Shown: piece after piece, positions 35,452-44,918 of the stretch
Numbering within the stretch: the stretch's first letter is position 1
Layout: each line of letters begins with the position of its first letter
Source of the DNA: a virus
Virus record (IMG/VR): IMGVR_UViG_3300045988_026548
Coordinates: 1 to 58,501 of that record
Strand: one strand, 5' to 3'
Length of the DNA: 58,501 nucleotides
Notes under the pieces: model-generated
Told to the model about the DNA's origin: nothing
Databases searched by the model: none
What the model saw: the letters and a program-made list of their open reading frames with translations, nothing else
Program-made: the position numbers and the translations under genes

Positions 35452-37673
35452 TGGTCAATGTATCGCAAGATATCATAAAATCCTTCAACGAGGGCAACAA
35501 ACAGACTGCTCTTATTGAGGTTACTGCTGGCAGCAAGACGTTCACCATCACCGATGCAGATATCATTCAGGGCGGGTTGAAGATTGACCGGTACTGCGTG
35601 ACCAACAGCAAAATTGAGGTCGGCTCTGCGGTTGCGTCCGAACTGTCCTTGAAACTGCGAAACTACGATGGCAAGTTTAACGATGTTTCCTTTGAGGGCG
35701 CTGTCCTGAACGTCAAAATCGGCATCAAACTGTCCAGCGTCCTTGAGGGCGCAACGCTTGGCAAAGGCATTCTTGGGCGCATGATTCTTGGTTCTGCATC
35801 TTCCGATCAAGACGTTGCGTATGTTCCCTGTGGTTTGTTCATTGTGGACACGCCGCCAAGAAAGCTAAGCACTATAAGCATTTCTGCATTGGACTACATG
35901 GTCTTGTTTGACCGTGAGGTGAACGCTTCTGCCCTCTCTTTTCCTATTCATGTTGACGCGCTTATTCAAAAAATCTGCTCCATCTGCAATGTCACGCTTT
36001 CAACGGACGTTTCGGCGCTGCCAAACCACTATTTCAGCATCGGCGGTCTGCCGGATACTAACCAAAAGCTGACCTACCGCCAGCTCTTGCAATGGTGCGC
36101 ACAGCTTACCGGCACTTGCGCGTTCATGAATGGCAGCGGAAGGCTTGTGCTAAAATGGTATGAGCAGACCGGCGTGACCATTACCGCAAGTGAGCGCTAT
36201 TCCAGCGATATGTTGGAGAACGACATCACCATTACCGGCTTCACCTGTGACGATGGAAAGGGCAACACATACCTGTTTGGCACGGCAGATTACACGCTTG
36301 ACATAAGTGACTGCGGCTTCCTGACCAACGCCTACGAGGGTGTTTTGAAGGAACTGCAAGCTGCACGCGGCGGGTTTGCCTACCGCCCATATAGTGCCAC
36401 TATCAAGTCTGCACCGTATTTGTTCCCGCTGGACATGATACGCTACAAGGACAAAGATGGCGTTGTGCATGATACCATTGTCACCAACGTTACGCTTGCT
36501 TTGAACTGCAATACGGCGATTTCCGGCGCTGGCGAAACGGTCACGAGTTCTTCTTACGCGCAGTCTACAAGCGGCGTTACAAGCCAACAGGCGGCAACAG
36601 ACAGAGCAAACCTCGAAAAGATAAACCAGACCGCCACGCAGACGAACCAGACCAAGAACGACTTGACGCAGTTCAAGACGCAATATTCTTCCGATTTTGA
36701 AAAGACGCAAGCTGCCATTGAATCCCGCGTCACGAAGGAAACATACCAAACTGACATGGCTGGCGTTTCTACGCGTATCGGTGTAGCAGAAACAAAGATT
36801 TCTCAAAACGCTGATGCTATTACTCTGCGTGCAACAAAAGAAGAGCTTGCGACTGCAAAGTCTGACGCAATTAACAGCGCTGCTGCGGACGCCACAAGCA
36901 AAGCAACCGCAGCCGAAAGCAATGCAAAGTCTTACGCGGACGCGCAACTGAAAGTTACCAACGAAAAGATTGAAACAAAGGTTTCCAAGGGCGATATTGC
37001 TTCCACGATAAATCAGACTGCACAATCGGTGCAAATCGAAGCGTCCAAAATCAACCTGAAGGGCGCGGTAACGACTGAGGATATTTCCGCTGATGGTCTG
37101 AACGCAAAGGTGATTCAAGCCGGAACGATTACCGCAACGGAAATCAAAGCGGATACGATTACGGCTGGAAATCTTGCTTCTGGTCAAGTCATGGTCAAAA
37201 TTTGGGAGAACGCAAGCCAAGATTCTGCATTCCAGACACAAAATATCATCTTAAAAGATAATGCATGGTCGCAAATTATGTTTGTTTTTAATGGAGCAAA
37301 ATCAGAAAGCGTTAAAGTTGACGGTCAAACGTATAAAATTGGGATGCCAAACATCACTTATACAATTCCATGCCCTCATAGAGATGATACTTCATCGGTT
37401 GAGGTATATTACAGCGCTTCTGCCGTTGCTCCAGCAAGTGGTTCTCCTACGTTTGGCGCTTCATCGTTGCCTTTAATCGCAAGAAGGCTTTTTAGTGCTT
37501 GGAATGAATTAGAAAATGGGGAAAATCGAATATATTTTGTTTTTCAAGACGCAATGCTTTTATTCTTTAGTGGGGCATCTAGTACTCCATCTGATATTTC
37601 AAGCGGCAAAAAATATGGCAACCGTCTTGTTAATGAGTATATGATTCCAATTGCAGCTTATGGCATTAAATGA
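35451..37673 (+). CDS. Tail-associated / baseplate protein with central coiled coil
   Basis: 740 aa; N-terminus typical of siphophage tail proteins; long Ala/Thr/Gln coiled-coil segment. Confidence 0.6.
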   Translation: MVNVSQDIIKSFNEGNKQTALIEVTAGSKTFTITDADIIQGGLKIDRYCVTNSKIEVGSAVASELSLKLRNYDGKFNDVSFEGAVLNVKIGIKLSSVLEGATLGKGILGRMILGSASSDQDVAYVPCGLFIVDTPPRKLSTISISALDYMVLFDREVNASALSFPIHVDALIQKICSICNVTLSTDVSALPNHYFSIGGLPDTNQKLTYRQLLQWCAQLTGTCAFMNGSGRLVLKWYEQTGVTITASERYSSDMLENDITITGFTCDDGKGNTYLFGTADYTLDISDCGFLTNAYEGVLKELQAARGGFAYRPYSATIKSAPYLFPLDMIRYKDKDGVVHDTIVTNVTLALNCNTAISGAGETVTSSSYAQSTSGVTSQQAATDRANLEKINQTATQTNQTKNDLTQFKTQYSSDFEKTQAAIESRVTKETYQTDMAGVSTRIGVAETKISQNADAITLRATKEELATAKSDAINSAAADATSKATAAESNAKSYADAQLKVTNEKIETKVSKGDIASTINQTAQSVQIEASKINLKGAVTTEDISADGLNAKVIQAGTITATEIKADTITAGNLASGQVMVKIWENASQDSAFQTQNIILKDNAWSQIMFVFNGAKSESVKVDGQTYKIGMPNITYTIPCPHRDDTSSVEVYYSASAVAPASGSPTFGASSLPLIARRLFSAWNELENGENRIYFVFQDAMLLFFSGASSTPSDISSGKKYGNRLVNEYMIPIAAYGIK

Positions 37674-37684
37674 GGTGACGTTTT

Positions 37685-37879
37685 ATGATTGCACTAAACG
37701 TTGACAAAAAAACAAGTCGTGTCCTTAGTGCTTCGCTTCTCTTTAACGGCGCATCCATGCCTGGAAGCGTAGAGGTTGAAGCGCTGCCCGATGGCAATCT
37801 TTACGATTATCTGTATGTCAACGGGGAGTTCGTCTACTCCCCGATTGAAAAACAAGAAGAGGAGGTAACCTATCAATGA
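37685..37879 (+). CDS. Hypothetical tail-module protein
   Basis: 64-aa ORF in the operon. Confidence 0.45.
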   Translation: MIALNVDKKTSRVLSASLLFNGASMPGSVEVEALPDGNLYDYLYVNGEFVYSPIEKQEEEVTYQ

Positions 37880-38211
37880 GCTATCAAAAGCAGAACTTTG
37901 CAAACGGTGAAGTGCTTACCGCTCCGCAACTGAACCACATCGAGGACGGCATTGTGGACTTGGAAAGCAATTCAAGCACGGCGCTTGCTGGCAAAGCAGA
38001 TAAAACAGAAGTGCAAGCGAACGCAAAAAGCATTTCTGATGAAATTACCCGCGCCAAGAGCGAGGAGCAGCGCTTGGGCACCGCCATCACCGCCGAAACC
38101 GCCCGCGCGGAACAGGCAGAGCAAGCGCTCTCCGAGCGTACCGCAGCCCTCGAATCCTGCGGATTTGTCGTGGTTGACGGCAAGATCTGCATGAAATACC
38201 GCAAATCCTGA
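37876..38211 (+). CDS. Tail-fibre-like coiled-coil protein
   Basis: NFANGEVLTAPQLNHIEDGI N-terminus is common in tail fibres; coiled coil follows. Confidence 0.5.
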   Translation: MSYQKQNFANGEVLTAPQLNHIEDGIVDLESNSSTALAGKADKTEVQANAKSISDEITRAKSEEQRLGTAITAETARAEQAEQALSERTAALESCGFVVVDGKICMKYRKS

Positions 38212-38223
38212 AAGGAGTAACAC

Positions 38224-39507
38224 ATGGCTGAAAACGAAATTAGCACGCAGGCACCTGCCACTGAGGTGGTGGAGCCTATCTATCTGGACAAGACCGCAAA
38301 AGACAACGGCAAAAAGCTTGACCAGATGACCGCTGCCCTGCTAGGTATGTCCAGTTCGCTGGGCGTGATTGCACGGGCACAGACCGGCGTGGTGGAGGAG
38401 ATGGACTATAACGGCATCAAGGCCGTGGTGGCTGCCGGTAACGCACCGGCGGTTTTCCCGGTGGGCACCCAGCTTGTCAACACCTACACCGGCAAGGACG
38501 GCAAAGTCTACGACTGCCCGTGGGACGTGGTAAAGACGGACGATATCGCCGAGGGTGAGACCGGCACCACCGCACCCGCAATTGTGCTGCAGATGCACTA
38601 CGCATCTCTGGAAGATATCCAGTTTTCTGCATATCAGGCTTTCTATGTTGTGCCCGAGGCCGGTCTGGTGGCTGGCACTTACAACGTAAAGTTTGGTCTT
38701 GACTGGGGCGCCAACGTCAAGACCGGCACCACCTACCAGTTTACCCTGACCAAAAATGCGCCCGCTGGTGCACGCTTGACCGGCTTCTACAACGCCCCGG
38801 ATACTGCTCCCACCAGCTGGAAGGTCTACGTCTACAAAGACCAGAACAAGAGCGAACTGCTGGAGACCTGCAACGTCTCTGCCGGTGAAGCCGGTACCAA
38901 TCTGGGCACCTTCCTTGCTAAGCCCAACGGCAAGCTGAACGGCTTGCATCCCGTGGGCTACGGCGACAACCGGTGGTGGAAGTCCGCATACCGGCAGTAC
39001 CTCAACAGCGATGCAGCTGCCGGTGGGTGGTGGACTCCGCAGGATGAATGGGATATGAAGCCCGATCAGGCAGACACCGTGCCCGGCTTCCTTGCGGGCT
39101 TCTCTGATGACTTTAAGGCTGCCCTGACCCGCGTGAAGGTCGTGACCTACGGCAACACCGTCACCGATGACGGCAGCGCTGTGGTGACTTACGACAAGAT
39201 TTTTCTGCCCTCCCTGCAGGAGATCTACTGCTCGCCGCAGGTGTCCGGCGAGGGCACCGGCTACTGGCCTTACTGGAAAGAGCGCACCGGCGCAAAGACC
39301 CCGCAGGCTCTGTGGCAGACCTACCCGCTGCGCATCACCCGCGATCTTGCACAGCGCACTGTGGGCCGCTATGTGCGGCTGCGCTCTGCGAATCGTGGCG
39401 GCGGCAGCTATGCCTTCCGCGTGAACTCCAGCGGCGACGTCGGCGCCTGGGGCGCGGTCTACGCGTATCGCTGCGCCCCGGCTTGCGAAATGACCAATCT
39501 TAAATAA
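38224..39507 (+). CDS. DGR target protein (putative receptor-binding tail protein) with C-terminal variable region
   Basis: C-terminal GRYVRLRSANRGGGSYAFRVNSSGDVGAWGAVYAYRCAPAC corresponds to TR-encoded GRNVRLRSANRGNGNNAFNVNSSGNVNNWNAINANRCAPDW. Confidence 0.9.
   Translation: MAENEISTQAPATEVVEPIYLDKTAKDNGKKLDQMTAALLGMSSSLGVIARAQTGVVEEMDYNGIKAVVAAGNAPAVFPVGTQLVNTYTGKDGKVYDCPWDVVKTDDIAEGETGTTAPAIVLQMHYASLEDIQFSAYQAFYVVPEAGLVAGTYNVKFGLDWGANVKTGTTYQFTLTKNAPAGARLTGFYNAPDTAPTSWKVYVYKDQNKSELLETCNVSAGEAGTNLGTFLAKPNGKLNGLHPVGYGDNRWWKSAYRQYLNSDAAAGGWWTPQDEWDMKPDQADTVPGFLAGFSDDFKAALTRVKVVTYGNTVTDDGSAVVTYDKIFLPSLQEIYCSPQVSGEGTGYWPYWKERTGAKTPQALWQTYPLRITRDLAQRTVGRYVRLRSANRGGGSYAFRVNSSGDVGAWGAVYAYRCAPACEMTNLK
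39362..39485 (+). repeat. DGR variable region (VR)
   Basis: Aligned by eye to 39985-40108: 106 of 124 identical; all 18 mismatches fall on TR adenines. Confidence 0.9.
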
Positions 39508-39533
39508 TCACCGGGCAATCCCTTGCCCGGTGA
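39508..39533 (+). promoter_or_regulatory. Perfect 11-bp-stem hairpin just 3' of VR (DGR target-recognition hairpin and/or terminator)
   Basis: tcaccgggcaa-tccc-ttgcccggtga begins 1 nt after the target stop codon. Confidence 0.7.
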
Positions 39534-39551
39534 GAAAGTGAGTGCTATCCC

Positions 39552-39962
39552 ATGGCAATGCGCAAAGACCAGATACCGGACAATAAATTCACGCTGCCGC
39601 TTGACGCGCGTGAGCTGGCACTGTATACCAGACAGATCACCAAAAACGCGAAAGTGTTTGACCTCGGGATTGACGCAAGTCTTCCCGGCCAGCTACGCGC
39701 TACGGCAGACCGGATATTTTTTGATATCTTCGGAGCAAACGACCTCCGGCTGGACAAGCCGAACGAAAGAGAGGAGCGCTTTAAGCTTCAAAGGCACGCC
39801 GTCCGGCTGTGCACCGTCCTTTTGGCGGAGATAGACATGGCAAAAGCCAGCTATCACCTTTCTGGCAAACGGTGCTCTTTCTGGGGCAACACTGTGCGCG
39901 ATATCCGGCAGCGTTGCCGGGACTGGCACGAGAGTGATGCAAAGCGTGCAAAAGCGCTTTGA
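39552..39962 (+). CDS. avd: DGR accessory variability determinant (four-helix-bundle protein)
   Basis: 136-aa basic helical protein between VR and TR; position and size match Avd. Confidence 0.75.
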   Translation: MAMRKDQIPDNKFTLPLDARELALYTRQITKNAKVFDLGIDASLPGQLRATADRIFFDIFGANDLRLDKPNEREERFKLQRHAVRLCTVLLAEIDMAKASYHLSGKRCSFWGNTVRDIRQRCRDWHESDAKRAKAL

Positions 39963-39984
39963 CATAAAAATGGCTGTAGGCTAA

Positions 39985-40108
39985 TGGGCCGCAATGTGCG
40001 GCTGCGCTCTGCGAATCGTGGCAACGGCAACAATGCCTTCAACGTGAACTCCAGCGGCAACGTCAACAACTGGAACGCGATCAACGCGAATCGCTGCGCC
40101 CCGGATTG
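39985..40108 (+). repeat. DGR template repeat (TR)
   Basis: Non-coding copy of VR, rich in AAC/AAT triplets at the variable positions. Confidence 0.9.
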
Positions 40109-40264
40109 GACGGCAGCACGCCCACAAAAGCCCCTGCATAGCAGAGGCCGGGCAAAAACTGCCGTGCAAGGAGCCGAGTGCCATGTCTGTCCTCTGGCAG
40201 ACGAACAATATCAGCCGGACGTGGCCACCCTGCGGGGTGTTGACCGCTATCACCCGGCAGATCC

Positions 40265-41329
40265 TTGCGAGGAGAGCTGAAAAAATCAGTGCAAGAAGAA
40301 GAAATAATAATCGGGTTCGATGCCCTGTATAATTCCGAGGGCAAGTGCGCCAAAGGCGTGTGCCGCAAGGCAAGCGTTGGACGGTTTCACCTGTTTCGGA
40401 TGGACGAGATCCTGAAACTCCAAAAGGAGCTCGCGACAGGTACATACAAGGCACGGCCAACAATCAAAGTTAGAATCACCTATCCCAAGCCCCGCACAGC
40501 GGTTGCGAATGGCTTTCGGGATAGGGTATACCAGCGCTCTCTCAACGACAATGCTGTTTATCCAGCAATGACACGGAGTTTCATCCGGCAAAACGCGGCC
40601 TGTCAGACCGGCAAAGGTACCGACTGGGCGCGCAAGCAGGTCAAGCTCATGATGGAGCGCGAATACCGGCAACACGGCGCTGATGGCTATGTGCTGTTGG
40701 TAGATATCCGGCACTATTACGACACGATGCCCCATGACGTGGCAAACCGCTGCTTTGAGCGGCATCTGCCGCCAAGTGTGCATAACCGCGTGCGTGAGGT
40801 GCTGGATCGTCAATATACCGGCGAGGCCGGTTATAATCCGGGCAGCCAGATGGTGCAGCTTGCCGGGATCTCGGTGCCCGACCCCATAGATCACTACATC
40901 AAGGAGCGCCTGCGGGCGAAAAAGTACGTCCGTTTTATGGATGATAGCCTCATCATCCACCACGACAAGGCACGGCTTGAGGAGTGGCGGGAGGCGATCC
41001 GCGCCCGGTACGCTGCCGATGGCATGGAGCTGCACCCGACCAAGACCAAGATCGTCAGGCTAAAGGATGGATTCCGTTTTCTAGGTTTCATCTACCGCTT
41101 GACCCCGGCGGGCAAGGTCGTTATGACCGTTGACCCGCAGAACGTCAAGGCCGAGCGCAAGCGCCTGTTTCGGCTTGCCCAGCTCATCAAGGCAGGAGAG
41201 AAACCGGCATCTGCCCTGTATGAGCAGTATGGATCATGGAAAGCCCATGCCGCTAAAGGCAACTCCAAAAAGCTGCTGCAGCGCATGGATCAATATGTTA
41301 AAACTCTGCTGGAGGGGATAACGACATGA
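40265..41329 (+). CDS. DGR reverse transcriptase
   Basis: RT motifs incl. VLLVDIRHYYDTM and YVRFMDDSLI (YxDD box), LHPTKTKIV; start TTG 40265 or GTG 40289. Confidence 0.9.
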   Translation: MRGELKKSVQEEEIIIGFDALYNSEGKCAKGVCRKASVGRFHLFRMDEILKLQKELATGTYKARPTIKVRITYPKPRTAVANGFRDRVYQRSLNDNAVYPAMTRSFIRQNAACQTGKGTDWARKQVKLMMEREYRQHGADGYVLLVDIRHYYDTMPHDVANRCFERHLPPSVHNRVREVLDRQYTGEAGYNPGSQMVQLAGISVPDPIDHYIKERLRAKKYVRFMDDSLIIHHDKARLEEWREAIRARYAADGMELHPTKTKIVRLKDGFRFLGFIYRLTPAGKVVMTVDPQNVKAERKRLFRLAQLIKAGEKPASALYEQYGSWKAHAAKGNSKKLLQRMDQYVKTLLEGITT

Positions 41330-41493
41330 AAATTGTTCGCAACACTGGCGGCATCAAGACCGCCGCCGAAAACGAGAACCGGGACGCGGATTTGGCACAG
41401 ATCGCGTCTATGGTAGATTTCCTGTGCATTCTGGCCGATGTGCCCATTGAGGACGAGGCCGCAGACAAGGAGGGCATGAGCCATGAGCGATAA
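41326..41493 (+). CDS. Small hypothetical protein (55 aa)
   Basis: ATGA overlap with the RT stop; MKIVRNTGGIKTAAENENRDADLAQIASMVDFLCILADVPIEDE... Confidence 0.45.
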   Translation: MKIVRNTGGIKTAAENENRDADLAQIASMVDFLCILADVPIEDEAADKEGMSHER

Positions 41494-41635
41494 GTACAGC
41501 GCGATCTTCGGCAAAGCGAAAGACGAGTACGAGGCGGGCCGCTGGTCTAAGGCTATGCTGCGCATCCTTGTGCAGCGCAAGCCCCAGCGCCTGACCGCAG
41601 AGGAGTACGAAGAGATCACCGGCGAAAAGTATTAA
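41483..41635 (+). CDS. XkdX-family protein (50 aa)
   Basis: MSDKYSAIFGKAKDEYEAGRWSKAMLRILVQRKPQRLTAEEYEEITGEKY; ...LTAEEYEEITG ending typical of XkdX, upstream of the lysin. Confidence 0.6.
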   Translation: MSDKYSAIFGKAKDEYEAGRWSKAMLRILVQRKPQRLTAEEYEEITGEKY

Positions 41636-41645
41636 GGAGCAGAGT

Positions 41646-42326
41646 ATGAGACCTATCATGGATGTTTCCCGCTTTCAGGGCAGCATCGACTGGGACAAGG
41701 TCAAGGCAAGCGGCCTTGTCTCCGGTGTGATGCTTAAAGCCGTGTCCACAAACCGCAAGCTGAGCAAGCGCAAGGATGGGCTGTACATTGACCCAACGTT
41801 TGAGCGCAACTACGCCGAGTGCAAGCGCGTTGGTCTGCCGGTTGGCGTATACTACTACACCTACGCCACCGATAAAGAGATGGCAGACGCAGAGCTTGCC
41901 TTGCTCAAGACTGCCTTGACCGGAAAAACCTTTGAGTTACCCATCAGCGTGGACGTTGAGGACAACAAAATCAAGAAGCTGTCCACGCAGTCGCTAACCG
42001 ACCTTGCCGCCTATGCGCTTGATACGGTAGAGCGCTGGGGCTTTTATGCCCTGCTGTATGTCGGACTAAATTTTGCGCAGACGGAGTTGTACATGGGTGG
42101 CGCGGCGCTCAAGCCTTATGACGTGTGGCTGGCTGCCTACCGCAGCAAAAAGCCTGAACCGGGCTGGCCGTTCGGCTTGTGGCAGTACACCAGCAAGGGC
42201 AAGATTCCTGGCGTTGTGGACGCGATACCGGGCAAGATTTCCGGTGTGGACTTGTCTGTGCCCTACAAGGACTACGCTAAAATCATCGCAAAGAAGGGTC
42301 TGACCCGTCTCCGGGAGGGCGCATGA
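41646..42326 (+). CDS. Endolysin, GH25 muramidase
   Basis: MDVSRFQGSIDWDKVK, VYYYTYA, VDVE, WLAAY, LWQYTSKGKIPGV...VDLSV. Confidence 0.88.
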   Translation: MRPIMDVSRFQGSIDWDKVKASGLVSGVMLKAVSTNRKLSKRKDGLYIDPTFERNYAECKRVGLPVGVYYYTYATDKEMADAELALLKTALTGKTFELPISVDVEDNKIKKLSTQSLTDLAAYALDTVERWGFYALLYVGLNFAQTELYMGGAALKPYDVWLAAYRSKKPEPGWPFGLWQYTSKGKIPGVVDAIPGKISGVDLSVPYKDYAKIIAKKGLTRLREGA

Positions 42327-42580
42327 GCGAAGCAATCATCGTGGCAATCATCACCGGCGGTCTGAGCCTGATCGGCGCGATCGTCTCCAACAACCACACC
42401 GCCCAGAGTATGGACGCTAAGTTGGACAAGCAGCAGGCCGTCACTGAAACCAAGCTGGAAGATCTGACCCGCGAAGTTCGGGCGCACAACAACTTTGCCC
42501 AGCGCATCCCGGTGCTGGAAGAACAAATCAAGGTGGCAAACCACCGCATCGAAGATCTCGAAAAAGAGAGAGGAGAGTAA
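42323..42580 (+). CDS. XhlA-like membrane protein
   Basis: N-terminal TM helix followed by a coiled coil ending ...VANHRIEDLEKE. Confidence 0.55.
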   Translation: MSEAIIVAIITGGLSLIGAIVSNNHTAQSMDAKLDKQQAVTETKLEDLTREVRAHNNFAQRIPVLEEQIKVANHRIEDLEKERGE

Positions 42581-42583
42581 CAC

Positions 42584-42925
42584 ATGGAAACCATTCTTAA
42601 CACCATTCTCACCCCGCTGCCCTCGTGGCTGGCACTGGTGCTCATCGTTGTGGGCGCTGTGTCGCTTGTGCTGGGGCTTATCCGTCTGGGCTACGGCGCA
42701 GCGGTCAGGACGCTGGTGCTTGACCTCATCGACCAAGCAGAACATGAGATTCAGGGCACCAAGCGCGGCGCAGAGCGCAAGGCATGGTGCGTCAAAATGC
42801 TGCGCCACTATCTGGACAACAGCCGGTGGGGCAAGCTAGTCTCGTGGGCAATTACCGAAGAGACCATGAGCAAGGTCATCCAGTTTTTCTTTGACCGGGC
42901 ACGAGCGGCACTGCAAAAGCAGTAA
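42584..42925 (+). CDS. Holin (LL-H-like)
   Basis: N-terminal TM helix, then ...GTKRGAERKAWCVKML... as in LL-H holins; lysis-module position. Confidence 0.55.
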   Translation: METILNTILTPLPSWLALVLIVVGAVSLVLGLIRLGYGAAVRTLVLDLIDQAEHEIQGTKRGAERKAWCVKMLRHYLDNSRWGKLVSWAITEETMSKVIQFFFDRARAALQKQ

Positions 42926-42935
42926 GGAGGATATC

Positions 42936-43118
42936 ATGGCAAGCACTACATACGAGCAGAAACGATTTTGTGAAATCAAGAGATGCGGCAAAATCGACCA
43001 TCTCGGTAACGTCCCTGTAATGGTGCGCAACGCCGGAGAGCTGCCGCAGCCTTTCTGGCTCGGCATTGCTCATGGCGGCGGCTCGTGTAGTGCTGCCCGC
43101 TGCGCTGCAAGGACTTGA
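42936..43118 (+). CDS. Hypothetical protein; possibly the N-terminal part of a split regulator
   Basis: Strong taaggaggatatcATG RBS; overlaps the next ORF by 53 nt in another frame. Confidence 0.4.
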   Translation: MASTTYEQKRFCEIKRCGKIDHLGNVPVMVRNAGELPQPFWLGIAHGGGSCSAARCAART

Positions 43119-43311
43119 CCGGCAGAGGATGATCGCCGCCATCAAGAACGCACCGCTTGGGAGGGTTGACCGTAAGATAGCCTTACTGCGGTACGTTGAG
43201 CGGCTTCCGCTGCCGGACATTGCAGCGCAAACACATTATAGCCGGACGGCAATCAGCTACCGGCTGAAAGGCATTGATTTGATTTTGGAGGAATCGAATG
43301 GTTGTAGGTAA
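43066..43311 (+). CDS. Sigma-70 region-4-like HTH protein (ArpU/RinA-like late regulator candidate)
   Basis: IALLRYVERLPLPDIAAQTHYSRTAISYRLKGI resembles region 4 HTH; no RBS of its own. Confidence 0.4.
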   Translation: MLMAAARVVLPAALQGLDRQRMIAAIKNAPLGRVDRKIALLRYVERLPLPDIAAQTHYSRTAISYRLKGIDLILEESNGCR

Positions 43312-43831
43312 AATCGCAAACAGTCACAATGATGAATACTATACTCCAGCGTATGCAATCGAGCCAATTCTTTGCTATATTCCAAACAATGCAAAGGTTT
43401 GGTGCCCATTTGATACAGATGAATCACTGTTCGTGAAGATGCTTGTAGCGCATGGATGCAAAGTTGTTCATTCTCATATTGCCGAAGGACAGGATTTCTT
43501 TTCAATGCCTGTCCCGGAATGCGACTTCATTGTTTCAAATCCTCCGTATTCTTGCAAAACAAGGATTTTTAAACGTCTTTTTGAAATTGGAAAGCCATTT
43601 GCTATGCTTGTCGGAAGTGTTGGGCTGTTTGACTGCAAAGAGCGATTTGATATTTTTTCGCAGAACGAGTTTGAAATCTTGTGGCTAGGCGGACGTGTTG
43701 CGTATTTCAAAAATTATTCCGACAAAGTTCCAAGCGTCAATCCGCCTTATCAGAGCGTATATATCTGTTCCGGCATTTTGCCAAACCGCATTTGTTTTGC
43801 CCCGATTGACAAAAAGCACAATGTGATGTAA
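43298..43831 (+). CDS. N6-adenine DNA methyltransferase (NPPY type)
   Basis: DEYYTP near the N-terminus and FIVSNPPYS catalytic motif. Confidence 0.6.
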   Translation: MVVGKIANSHNDEYYTPAYAIEPILCYIPNNAKVWCPFDTDESLFVKMLVAHGCKVVHSHIAEGQDFFSMPVPECDFIVSNPPYSCKTRIFKRLFEIGKPFAMLVGSVGLFDCKERFDIFSQNEFEILWLGGRVAYFKNYSDKVPSVNPPYQSVYICSGILPNRICFAPIDKKHNVM

Positions 43832-44144
43832 AATAAAACCAACAAATCCTCCCGGCCTCTCGGAGAAGCGCAAGAGGGTGGATATCTGAACCCGTCAAGC
43901 CTCTCAACGATGCGTATCATGGCGGGTCTTTTTTTGTTTTATTCGCACTAGTTTTGTCGAAACTCTTGTCTTGCAAGTCAAAACATGATATTTTATTTTT
44001 GCTTCCAATGTGAAGCCCTTAACAGTTAAGCGCTCATGCGGATTTTTCCGTGTGGGCGCTTTTTCTTTTTGTCCTTCGTTGTACCTTCGTTGTCCTTCAC
44101 TTTTTGCTGATGCGGTACACTGAGAGCACAAGGAGGGATGTTTT

Positions 44145-44663
44145 ATGAGCTATTACCAGATACCCGGAACGCCCTACGTTCCGCAGCAGCCTGTCAATCC
44201 TTACGGCGGCATGGGTACAGTAGGGCTTGCCACTTCCCTGCCAAACACGCAGATGCAGCAGCCACAGCCGCAGCGTCCGCAGCCGATGAATGGGCAGCAG
44301 CCTGTTCAGCAGTCGGCACAAGATGGCGGCTGGTTGCTTGGCAGACCTGTGTCCAGCAGGGAAGAGTTTTTGGCGATACCGTCCGACCTATACGGAAGAT
44401 GGACGTATTGCCCGGATTTGCGTAGTGGTGTCATCTACTGCAAACGTCTGAATCCAAACACTTGCGAATCTGACGTGTTAGAGTTTTACAGCCCGGAAGC
44501 ATGGCGGCAAATGCAAGCACAACAGGCACAACAGACCGCTGCACCGACACAGCAGTATGTGCCTATTGAGCAGTACAATGCCCTCGTGCACCGGCTGGAT
44601 GAACTGGAAAAGTGGCAGAAGAGCTTTTCTAAGCCCGCTGCCGCAGCAAAGAAAGGAGAATGA
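44145..44663 (+). CDS. Gln/Pro-rich hypothetical protein
   Basis: aaggagggatgttttATG RBS; low-complexity PQQPVNPYGG...QMQQPQPQRPQP N-terminus. Confidence 0.6.
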   Translation: MSYYQIPGTPYVPQQPVNPYGGMGTVGLATSLPNTQMQQPQPQRPQPMNGQQPVQQSAQDGGWLLGRPVSSREEFLAIPSDLYGRWTYCPDLRSGVIYCKRLNPNTCESDVLEFYSPEAWRQMQAQQAQQTAAPTQQYVPIEQYNALVHRLDELEKWQKSFSKPAAAAKKGE

Positions 44664-44666
44664 GTG

Positions 44667-44918
44667 ATGTCCTCTCCGTTTGATATGATTACTCACAGCC
44701 CTATCATGCAGCTTGCAAATCTGGCTCGAGCCGGGCAGAACCCGATGGGGCTTATCCAGCAGTTAAGCGGGCAGAATGCTCCTATCATGCAGGGCTTGAA
44801 TTTGATTCAGGGCAAGAACGAAGCACAGCTCAGGACGATGGCACAGAACCTCGCCAAAGAGCGTGGCATTGACCTGAACCAGCTGGCAAGCGTCCTGAAC
44901 CTGACGCTGCCCCGATAA
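44667..44918 (+). CDS. Hypothetical protein
   Basis: aaaggagaatgagtgATG RBS; internal repeat GQNPMGLIQQLSGQNAPIMQGLNLIQG. Confidence 0.55.
   Translation: MSSPFDMITHSPIMQLANLARAGQNPMGLIQQLSGQNAPIMQGLNLIQGKNEAQLRTMAQNLAKERGIDLNQLASVLNLTLPR

Larger units (their letters stand above)
38224..41329 (+). mobile_element. Diversity-generating retroelement cassette (target-VR, avd, TR, RT)
   Basis: 124-nt VR/TR pair with A-specific mismatches, flanked by Avd-like and RT genes. Confidence 0.92.

Noticed and set aside
36150-37241. 363-aa minus-strand ORF opposite the tail protein gene
   Set aside because: It is a shadow ORF with a Cys/Arg/Leu-rich nonsense-like composition, fully inside CDS 35451-37673.
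39984-40280. 98-aa plus-strand ORF (MGRNVRLRSANRGNGNNAFNV...)
   Set aside because: It is the DGR template repeat read as protein. The Asn-rich run reflects AAC triplets in TR. There is no RBS, and TRs are non-coding by design.
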